From assembly GCA_041651035.1 (NCBI GenBank), contig JBAZKC010000001.1, positions 323,244 through 387,243 of the forward strand: 64,000 nucleotides of DNA, in the 5' to 3' direction. Both the position numbers and the translations under genes were made by a program. Below are positions 54,101 through 64,000 of the stretch, piece by piece. Below the pieces are notes generated by a model, which saw nothing but the letters and a program-made list of their open reading frames with translations, had not been told where the DNA came from and ran no database searches. Numbering within the stretch: the stretch's first letter is position 1; each line of letters starts with the position of its first letter. Origin of the DNA: Candidatus Omnitrophota bacterium (GTDB lineage Bacteria; Omnitrophota; Gorgyraeia; Gygaellales; Profunditerraquicolaceae).

Positions 54101-55630
54101 ATGCTGGCAAAAGTTTTTAGTTTTGGGCTCTTAGGTATAGAAGCGTATCCTATTGAGATAGAGGTAGATGTCTCCAGGGGCCTGCCGGCCATAACCCTGG
54201 TTGGCATGGCAGACACAGCCATAAGAGAAAGCAGGGAACGGGTTAAATCCGCTATTAAAAATTCGGGTTTTGAGTGGCCGGCTGAAAGAATTACTGTAAG
54301 CCTGGCACCTTCAGATATAAAAAAAGAGGGCTCTTCTTTTGATCTGGCTATAGCTTTAGGCATCCTCGCTGCGACAGAACAATTAAGCGGTGAAAGCCTT
54401 AAAGATTATTATGTGTTAGGGGAATTATCGCTTGATGGGTCTCTCAGGCCGACTCGGGGTATTTTGCCTATAAGCGTAGCGATCTCTAAGTCTAAATCTA
54501 AAAACATTATTACAGCGGTTCAGAATGCCAGAGAGGCGGCCGCGGTTTCAGGGATCGGGGTCTGGCCGGTAAAAACCCTGAAAGAAACAATAGAATTCTT
54601 GCATAATCCAAACACAACCCGGCCTTTTAAACTGGATATAGCCGGGTCGTTTAAGCAAAATTCAAGCTACGCGGTGGATTTTTCAGAAGTTAAAGGCCAG
54701 TATTTGGCTAAAAGGGCTTTGGAGGTAGCGGTTTCTGGCGGGCACAACGTGCTGATGATCGGCCCTCCGGGAAGCGGCAAGACTATGCTGGCTAAAAGGA
54801 TACCCACGATCATGCCCGATCTGACTTTGGATGAAGCATTAGAAGTAACCAAAATACATTCTGCAATGGGGACATTACCTAACGGAGAAGGCATAATGGG
54901 GATAAGGCCATTCCGCAGCCCTCATCACAGCATATCCAGCGTAGCCTTAATTGGCGGCGGTTCTATCCCTCAACCCGGAGAAATAAGCATGGCTCATCAA
55001 GGCGTCTTATTCCTCGACGAACTTCCGGAATTCCACCGCGATTGCCTGGAAGCATTAAGGCAGCCCCTGGAAGATGAATTAATCCGCGTATGCCGGATAA
55101 GAAAATCCTTTATTTTCCCCGCTTCCTTTATGCTGGTCTGCGCCATGAACCCCTGCTCTTGCGGTTATTACACTGATTTGCATAAAACCTGCAGGTGTAA
55201 TCCGAATAAAATCTCAGGCTACATGAGTAAGATCTCCGGGCCGCTATTGGACAGAATAGATATACATATTGAGTTGCCGTCAATAAAATATACGGAGCTT
55301 GTTGACACAAAAGAATCCGAATTTTCAATTGCTATTAAAGCGCGGGTAGCAAAAGCACGCTCTATACAAAACAAGCGCTTCAGGAATGACGGGATCTTTC
55401 ATAACGCGCGAATGAATACTAAATTAATCAGAAAATATTGCGCCCTGGAAGATGAGGCTAAAGAATTACTTAAGATGGCAATGACGGAACTAGGGTTCTC
55501 CGCGCGCGCTTTTGATAAGATACTTAAAATCAGCCGGACTATCGCTGATTTAGCTGAGTCGGAAATTATTCTAGTTGAGCATATTTCCGAAGCAGTGCAG
55601 TATAGGAATCTGGATAAACAGCACTTATGA
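54101..55630 (+). CDS. YifB/ComM-family Mg-chelatase-like AAA+ ATPase
   Basis: N-terminal Lon-like domain (LLGIEAYPIEIEVDVSRGLP), Walker A (GPPGSGKT), Walker B (LFLDELPEF) and a Cys cluster. 509 aa. Confidence 0.8.
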   Translation: MLAKVFSFGLLGIEAYPIEIEVDVSRGLPAITLVGMADTAIRESRERVKSAIKNSGFEWPAERITVSLAPSDIKKEGSSFDLAIALGILAATEQLSGESLKDYYVLGELSLDGSLRPTRGILPISVAISKSKSKNIITAVQNAREAAAVSGIGVWPVKTLKETIEFLHNPNTTRPFKLDIAGSFKQNSSYAVDFSEVKGQYLAKRALEVAVSGGHNVLMIGPPGSGKTMLAKRIPTIMPDLTLDEALEVTKIHSAMGTLPNGEGIMGIRPFRSPHHSISSVALIGGGSIPQPGEISMAHQGVLFLDELPEFHRDCLEALRQPLEDELIRVCRIRKSFIFPASFMLVCAMNPCSCGYYTDLHKTCRCNPNKISGYMSKISGPLLDRIDIHIELPSIKYTELVDTKESEFSIAIKARVAKARSIQNKRFRNDGIFHNARMNTKLIRKYCALEDEAKELLKMAMTELGFSARAFDKILKISRTIADLAESEIILVEHISEAVQYRNLDKQHL

Positions 55631-56971
55631 TCTATAGGAACAATTTCCCAGTAATGCGTTCACGCGGGCGGAACGGATATGAGAGTCATTAGACCCATCC
55701 GCGAGAAACCAATTGGTAACATAATCTTCCGGCAAAACCATACCCCACTTCTTATGGTTTTCAAAAAGATCGCTTCCCTTTAAGACATAACAAGGGTTAA
55801 TATGAATACAGTCGGTTAATGCGCGTATTTTATTAACGAATCTTCGGGTTTTTTCAAAATCTTCCTCTGACTCTCCGGGGTGGCCGATCACAAGATTCAC
55901 GGAAAACGAAATCCCCGCGTCTTTTGTGTATTCAAGCGTCCTCAAGGCAAGATCTGTGTCAAAAGATTTCTTCATAATTTTAAGCACACTATCAGACCCG
56001 GATTCTATACCAAAGTTCAGCCGCTCAGCTCCGGCTATCTTCATTTTTAATAAAAAACCCTTTGTCATTTCTTTCCTTACCAATATATGCCCTCCCCAAT
56101 TGACCCCCATTTCCCTGACGGCCATTAGGTCGCAAAACATGGAGAATCCCTCCATGTTCCCGTTAATAAGCGAATCATTAAGGTAAACGAATTTAAGCTT
56201 GCTAAAACGGCTTTTTTGAAACGCTATCTCCTCAACCACTGAAACCGCGCTTCGAAAACGGTGAGGGCTCCAATGGCTCTTTTCTATACAGAAACTGCAA
56301 TGCGCTATGCATCCACGCGAAGTTGAAATCGAAATCTTTTCTGTTTGCTCATTCAGGAATCCGAAATCCGCGAAAGGCAGCTCATCCAGACACCGGACTA
56401 GCTCTTTCTGCCCACAATCAAGAGGCCCATCTCCTGTTTTTATAAGAAAACCCTCCGTGCGCCAGTCTTCATTATTACTTATTTTCCTTAAAAGCTCGGG
56501 CAAAACAATCTCCGCCTCTCTTAGACATACGGCGTCAAACATTCCTGTACTCATCAAGTATTCTGGGCTGAAGTTTATAAAACATTCCGGGCCCCCGGCA
56601 AGAATGATTTTCTCGGGATACCTTTCCTTAATTTTCTTTATTAATTCTACAGCAAAAACAAAATTCAGGCTCTGTAATGTAAATCCCAATATCTCGAACT
56701 TTTCTAGACTACTTATTGCGCCCTCAATAATGTTTTTATTGCGTCCCAGGAAAGATAATACCTCTTTCTGCGATTGCCAAAATCCGTACGGATTAGAAAT
56801 ATTCCAGAGATACTGTTCTTGCGGCAGCAAGTCGTGAAAAGAGCGGTTAAAGTCAAAACACTCTGCTTCGAAACGCTTTCCTTTCAATACCGCGCATATA
56901 AGGGCGATATTGTAGGGGGGGAACTCAATATCCCACATCGGACATTGCACTAATGCTAATTTTTTTTCCAT
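55625..56971 (-). CDS. B12-binding-domain radical SAM enzyme (second copy in the window)
   Basis: B12-binding N-terminal domain. CxxxCxxC as CIAHCSFC. 448 aa. Confidence 0.65.
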   Translation of the reverse strand: MEKKLALVQCPMWDIEFPPYNIALICAVLKGKRFEAECFDFNRSFHDLLPQEQYLWNISNPYGFWQSQKEVLSFLGRNKNIIEGAISSLEKFEILGFTLQSLNFVFAVELIKKIKERYPEKIILAGGPECFINFSPEYLMSTGMFDAVCLREAEIVLPELLRKISNNEDWRTEGFLIKTGDGPLDCGQKELVRCLDELPFADFGFLNEQTEKISISTSRGCIAHCSFCIEKSHWSPHRFRSAVSVVEEIAFQKSRFSKLKFVYLNDSLINGNMEGFSMFCDLMAVREMGVNWGGHILVRKEMTKGFLLKMKIAGAERLNFGIESGSDSVLKIMKKSFDTDLALRTLEYTKDAGISFSVNLVIGHPGESEEDFEKTRRFVNKIRALTDCIHINPCYVLKGSDLFENHKKWGMVLPEDYVTNWFLADGSNDSHIRSARVNALLGNCSYRS

Positions 56972-57028
56972 TTCCGGAGCTTAGGCAGAAAATTATTTCT
57001 ATAAAATACGGCCTGGCAGGATCTTATT

Positions 57029-57406
57029 TTACGCAGTTCTTTCAATACAATCCATCAACTCTCTTACGCTTACCGGCTTGGCAATAAAAGGGCGCCCCCC
57101 GATACTACCCTTGCCGTTCTTTACTTCTTCTTTGCTGGCGATCGCGGTTAGAAATATCACGGGGATACCCTTGGTTTCCTCGTCATTTTCCAGCTGAGAG
57201 CAAACATCTCCGCCGTCTATATCCGGCATCATAATATCCAAAAAAATAAGGTCCGGCTTAAACTCCTTGGCAGCATCCAGCCCAAGCAGCCCGTTATTTT
57301 CTGTTTTAACTTCGTATTGACCGGTCAGTTCAAGGTTTAATTTTATCAATTTCGTAAAATCCGCTTCATCGTCAATCAACAATATCTTTTTCTTTTTAAT
57401 GCTCAC
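57029..57406 (-). CDS. Single-domain response regulator (CheY-like receiver)
   Basis: DD...D phospho-acceptor (LIFLDIMMPDIDG) and T/K residues. 125 aa. Confidence 0.75.
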   Translation of the reverse strand: MSIKKKKILLIDDEADFTKLIKLNLELTGQYEVKTENNGLLGLDAAKEFKPDLIFLDIMMPDIDGGDVCSQLENDEETKGIPVIFLTAIASKEEVKNGKGSIGGRPFIAKPVSVRELMDCIERTA

Positions 57407-57416
57407 TCGCCCCTCC

Positions 57417-59210
57417 TTACCTTTCGGCTACCTTTAAAATAACGGTCATTATAGTCCCTTGCCCGGGCTTGCTGTCGGCGTATATCAGGCCCCTGTGCAT
57501 ATGAATTATACTCTTGGTTACGGATAATCCTAAGCCGGTGCCTTGCTGGCCCTTGGTAGTAAAAAAAGGGTCAAAGATCCTTTTTAAGTTTTCTTCAGTA
57601 ATCCCTGTCCCTGTATCTTCAATCTCAACCATTACCACTTTTTCTCCAAGTTGAAAATTATCCTGCACCCTCCTGCCTATACCATTCTTTATTGTTTCTA
57701 ATTGCTTATCAAAACTACGTATTGCGATCTTGCCTCCGTCAGGCATAGCCTGCGCCGCGTTCAATAGTATATTAATAAATACCTGCTCTAATTTATTCTT
57801 ATCCGCTAAGACCTTAGGCATGCCTTTTTTTATTTCCATTGTAGTATCTATATTCTCAAATTTCAGCCTGGTCTTTACCAAGGCTAAAGAATTCTGTAAA
57901 ATAGGATTTATGTCTTCCGGGTTTAAACCCAGGCTCACATCCTTGGAGAAGTCAAGCAGGGAATTTACAATACTGTCCGCCCTGCCGATGTTATCCTTAA
58001 GCGCGGCCAGGGTCTCTAAGATATCCACCTCTTTGGATGAGAGCCTGCTTTCCAGGTAATTAACACCTTGCAGCATTATTCCTAATGGATTCCTCACCTC
58101 GTGGGCTACGCCACTGGCAAGCTGGCCTATGGCGTTCAATTTTTCAGCCTGGATAAGCTGGTCCTGTATTTCTTTAAGTTTTGTATACGACTCTTTAAGT
58201 TCCCCCTCCGCTTTCTTGCGTTCGGAGATTTCTTTAACCAGTATTTCTTTCTGTTCGAAGAATTTAGATATTAATCGCGCGATATCACCGAACTCGCTGG
58301 TGTCCTTTTTAAGGCCGCGGAGATTCTCCGGATCCTCTGTTTTTAACGTCTGGGATATCATAAAGAAGGGCGTGCTTAATAAAATTGTAAGAAAAACCGC
58401 TATAAAAATAATAACAGAAATAATAAAACCTATAAATATTATCGCCGCGTTCCTGGAGAATAGTTTGTAACTTTCCATTTCTTTGGATTGTATATTGACA
58501 TAAATATACGCTGCCGGTTTTCCTTGCCAGTCGGAAAACTCCCTAGAAAGAATAATCGTATTTCTTTCTGAAAGAGTTTTAAAATCAGGGATTGCCTGCT
58601 TTATAGCACTAATGCTAATCTGCCCTCCTACCAACTTTGAGAGCTCTTCTATATAATTTTTATTCCATAGGCGGCCAGTAAAAAAATAGCCGCAAGGAGC
58701 GGTTTTTCTTGTTGGGTCTGAGCTGGGATGTATCGTAGCACCGCGAATTTCCATTAAACCGGCGCTGGTATCCACAAAAAAATGGCAAAACCGTTCTTTT
58801 AAAAATATATTATTAATTGCTTCTCTGGGCAAAGGGAACTCTTTTATGACGGAAGAATCCTGGTTATTTATGAAATAGGCCTGAGAAAGGTCTCTTTTGT
58901 ATACCCATATCGTGTCGGCTTGATAAGTCTTAAGGACAGTCTCGTTTAACATCTTCTTGGCCCACTCTATATCATTATTAAGAATAAAATCCACCATTTC
59001 ATCCCAGTAGGTATAATCAAATGCCAGCGTTTCAAGGGTTGACCCTTTCAGCTTTACAAGCTTATCAAAGTAAATATTTTTCTCCTCGTTATTATCCTTA
59101 AACAGGGCGTATACCCGCTTATCTTCAAATATCTGATAAAAATATCTTCCTGCGGTAAATATAGCGCTAAGCAGCAGCAACAGCAAAATTAATCTTGTCC
59201 GTACTCTCAT
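57417..59210 (-). CDS. Sensor histidine kinase with a large periplasmic sensor domain
   Basis: TM1, a ~230-aa extracytoplasmic domain, TM2, coiled coil, HisKA H-box (HEVRNPL) and HATPase_c N/G boxes. 597 aa. Confidence 0.8.
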   Translation of the reverse strand: MRVRTRLILLLLLLSAIFTAGRYFYQIFEDKRVYALFKDNNEEKNIYFDKLVKLKGSTLETLAFDYTYWDEMVDFILNNDIEWAKKMLNETVLKTYQADTIWVYKRDLSQAYFINNQDSSVIKEFPLPREAINNIFLKERFCHFFVDTSAGLMEIRGATIHPSSDPTRKTAPCGYFFTGRLWNKNYIEELSKLVGGQISISAIKQAIPDFKTLSERNTIILSREFSDWQGKPAAYIYVNIQSKEMESYKLFSRNAAIIFIGFIISVIIFIAVFLTILLSTPFFMISQTLKTEDPENLRGLKKDTSEFGDIARLISKFFEQKEILVKEISERKKAEGELKESYTKLKEIQDQLIQAEKLNAIGQLASGVAHEVRNPLGIMLQGVNYLESRLSSKEVDILETLAALKDNIGRADSIVNSLLDFSKDVSLGLNPEDINPILQNSLALVKTRLKFENIDTTMEIKKGMPKVLADKNKLEQVFINILLNAAQAMPDGGKIAIRSFDKQLETIKNGIGRRVQDNFQLGEKVVMVEIEDTGTGITEENLKRIFDPFFTTKGQQGTGLGLSVTKSIIHMHRGLIYADSKPGQGTIMTVILKVAER

Positions 59211-59456
59211 AATCGCCTTTCTTCCGGATATTTTTTCTTGTTAATAACCGCCAGACAGGTTAAACGTAATATTTTTATTAAGCTTATAATTAAGGCGGGG
59301 GGCTGATTCGTTGTTTAAATAAAGAGAGAGTTTCTTGGTTGCCCTAGAGAAAATGGCTACCGCCTCTTTCCATTGATATTATACACCATCAATCAAAAAT
59401 AAGCGATAGTTTATCGTTAAAACGGAGTTTAAAGCGGGATATTCTTTATTTAGAAA

Positions 59457-61994
<2,538 letters not shown>

Positions 61995-61998
61995 TTGA

Positions 61999-63519
61999 CT
62001 ACCCCTGAAAAGTTTTCTTAAAATCCCCCAGCAGCATATCCAGCCTTTTTATTAGATCCGGGTTCAGTTCTCCTTTTTCTTCAATATCTTTCTCAATGCC
62101 TGGATCACGCTCCTGCGCGAAAGGATATAACTGCGACTCAAACTTTACCACTGATTCCAAGGCAACGCCGTCTAATAATCCGCGTGTGCCGGCATAAATT
62201 ATCATAATCTGTTTCCCCAGGGAAAGCGGACTATATTGTTTTTGTTTAAGAATTTCTACCATGCGCTGGCCGCGGATAAGCTGCGCCTGGGTCGTCTTAT
62301 CCAATTCTGTGCCGAACTGCGTAAAGTTGACTAATTCCCGGTATTGTGCCAAGTCAAGCCTTAGTTGCCCGCATACCTGGCGCATGGCCTTGCTTTGCGC
62401 CTTGCCGCCGACGCGCGACACAGACAAACCCACATTAACTGCCGGGCGTATGCCCGCGTAAAAATAATCGCTCTCAAGGTATATCTGCCCATCAGTGATT
62501 GAAATAACGTTAGTCGGGATATAGCTGGTAATGTCCCCTGCCTGTGTTTCAATTATGGGTATGGCGGTAAGGGAACCTCCGCCTAAAGTATCATTTAGCC
62601 TGGCTGCTCTCTCCAGCAAGCGGGAATGAAGATAAAATATATCCCCGGGATAAGCCTCTCTCCCCGGCGGCCTTCTTAAAAGAAGTGAAAGCTGCCTGTA
62701 GGCCTGGGCGTGTTTCGAAAGGTCATCGTAGATTATAAGGACGTCTTTACCGGAATACATCAATTCTTCCCCTATGGCGCAGCCTGAGTAAGGAACGAGG
62801 TATTGCAATGATGCCGACGCCCGGGAAGAAGCGGAAACTATAGTGGTATATTCCATTGCCCCGTGCTTAATTAACGTCTCGCTGACCGCGACAATACTGG
62901 ATATTTTCTGCCCTATGGCGACATACACGCAATAAACGCCTTTATCTTTCTGGTTTATTATAGTATCTATAGCTAAAGAAGTTTTGCCTGTCTGCCTGTC
63001 GCCTATGATCAACTCGCGCTGGCCCCGGCCTATCGGTATCATGGAATCAATGGCCTTGATACCCGTCTGGAGTGACCGCGTCACCGGCTGGCGTTCGATT
63101 ACATTGGGTGCCTGTGTCTCCAACGGACGAAATTTATCCGCCGCTACCGGGCCCTTACCGTCAAGGGGATTCCCCAAAGCGCCTATGACACGCCCCAACA
63201 AGACTTCTCCGACAGGAACCTGGGCAACTTTACCGGTCCTCTTTACTACATCGCCTTCTTTAATGGTCTGGTCGGGATTATCTGTCCCGAATATTACCGC
63301 TCCTACGCTGTCCTCTTCAAGATTAAGCACCATCCCCATTATCTTGCCGGGGAATTCAACCAATTCCCCTACCATTACGTCATCCAGGCCGTATACCCTG
63401 GCTATAGTGTCACCCACCTGAATGACTGTGCCCACAGACTCAAGGCGCATGCGAGTCTGGTATTTTTCCAATTCTTTCTTAAGAATAGAAGTTACTTCTT
63501 CCGGGTTTAAAGGCGCCAT
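61999..63519 (-). CDS. atpA: F1 ATP synthase alpha subunit
   Basis: Walker A GDRQTGKT. 506 aa. Confidence 0.95.
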   Translation of the reverse strand: MAPLNPEEVTSILKKELEKYQTRMRLESVGTVIQVGDTIARVYGLDDVMVGELVEFPGKIMGMVLNLEEDSVGAVIFGTDNPDQTIKEGDVVKRTGKVAQVPVGEVLLGRVIGALGNPLDGKGPVAADKFRPLETQAPNVIERQPVTRSLQTGIKAIDSMIPIGRGQRELIIGDRQTGKTSLAIDTIINQKDKGVYCVYVAIGQKISSIVAVSETLIKHGAMEYTTIVSASSRASASLQYLVPYSGCAIGEELMYSGKDVLIIYDDLSKHAQAYRQLSLLLRRPPGREAYPGDIFYLHSRLLERAARLNDTLGGGSLTAIPIIETQAGDITSYIPTNVISITDGQIYLESDYFYAGIRPAVNVGLSVSRVGGKAQSKAMRQVCGQLRLDLAQYRELVNFTQFGTELDKTTQAQLIRGQRMVEILKQKQYSPLSLGKQIMIIYAGTRGLLDGVALESVVKFESQLYPFAQERDPGIEKDIEEKGELNPDLIKRLDMLLGDFKKTFQG

Positions 63520-64000
63520 TTATAATATCCTGGTTATGGAAAGTTTCTCTTTTAGTTCATCCAGACGCTTACGGACCGAACCGTCGATTATTGTATTGCC
63601 GATTACCACTTGAACGCCCCCTAACAGGCTGCCGTCTAATTCTATATACAGCTTAAACCCTCTTTTGAATTTCCTCTCCAAGGCCTCCTTAATCAGCTGT
63701 ATCTGGTCTAATTCTATAGGAAAACTGGTCTTAATAACAGCTTCCGCCTTCTGCGCGCGCACATACTTTAACCGGATATACTCGGCTATCTCCATGAACT
63801 TATCAATGCGCTGGCGCTCTATAAGCAGCTTCAGGAAATTTCTGAACTCTTCCGGAAAATCCTTGCACAGGAACCCGTCGATAAAATCACTTTTCTCCGT
63901 AAAAGTAATTTGCGGGGCGGTAAAAAAATCCCACATCTCGGGATCCTTTCTAAAAACATCCTTTACCTGCTTAAAACATCCTAATACCGCCTCTTTCTGA
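63520..64000 (-). CDS. atpH: F1 ATP synthase delta (OSCP) subunit, 3' part only; frame open to the window end
   Basis: OSCP-like C-terminal domain. The frame upstream of the tracked ATG (63936) stays open to position 64000 (…QKEAVLGCFKQVKDVFRKDPE-MWDFF…). Confidence 0.7.
   Translation of the reverse strand, partial: QKEAVLGCFKQVKDVFRKDPEMWDFFTAPQITFTEKSDFIDGFLCKDFPEEFRNFLKLLIERQRIDKFMEIAEYIRLKYVRAQKAEAVIKTSFPIELDQIQLIKEALERKFKRGFKLYIELDGSLLGGVQVVIGNTIIDGSVRKRLDELKEKLSITRIL

Noticed and set aside
63665-64000. 111-aa plus-strand ORF at the window end
   Set aside because: It is antisense to atpH, whose frame is open to the window edge. It has no SD or homology.

Overview
This 64 kb window is gene-dense, about 90% coding, with almost every gene on the minus strand. 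It looks like chromosome from a diderm bacterium at roughly 42-48% GC, judged from Lnt, LptE, a BamD-like protein, MurJ, SecA and an LpxL-type acyltransferase. The gene content suggests a candidate-phylum or Omnitrophota-like lineage, but that is a guess.

Housekeeping blocks:
- secA, prfB with its classic +1 programmed frameshift, and pilT.
- murJ, uvrC and an Ogt-like protein.
- leuS, comEA, comEC, a BamD-like protein, lptE and holA.
- rlmN.
- atpH, atpA, atpG, atpD, plus an atpC that the ORF track missed because it has a non-AUG start.
- tRNA-Ala(GGC) and tRNA-Leu(CAA), convergent.

Accessory or unusual content:
1. A tightly packed ~10.5 kb minus-strand operon (41573-52510) that reads as a type II polyketide synthase (PKS)-like biosynthetic gene cluster outside the usual Actinobacteria. 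It contains a KS-alpha, a catalytically dead CLF-like KS-beta, ACP, a FabG-like ketoreductase, an SRPBCC aromatase/cyclase, a PF04199 cyclase, a B12-binding radical SAM enzyme, a tandem-duplicated TIGR04076-like Cys protein, a PanE-like reductase, an MFS exporter, PadR and accA.
2. A four-gene compatible-solute operon (3561-8487): a TreT-type trehalose synthase, an unknown protein, OtsB, and an OtsA fused N-terminally to a two-TM periplasmic sensor plus HAMP module. Its leader carries a terminator-like hairpin.
3. A methylthioadenosine-salvage or DHAP-shunt-like block (32722-38368): PNP-family phosphorylase, MtnA-type isomerase, a class II aldolase/MtnB-like protein fused to an SCP2 lipid-binding domain, then ALDH and acyl-CoA ligase.
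4. A ~47-nt conserved two-hairpin 5' leader element shared by two unrelated genes (1987-2033 and 41486-41532), with a covarying base pair.
5. An AT-rich orphan gene followed by a GC-rich, highly self-complementary ~165-nt intergenic element (38602-39523).

No CRISPR array, rRNA or obvious transposase was seen.
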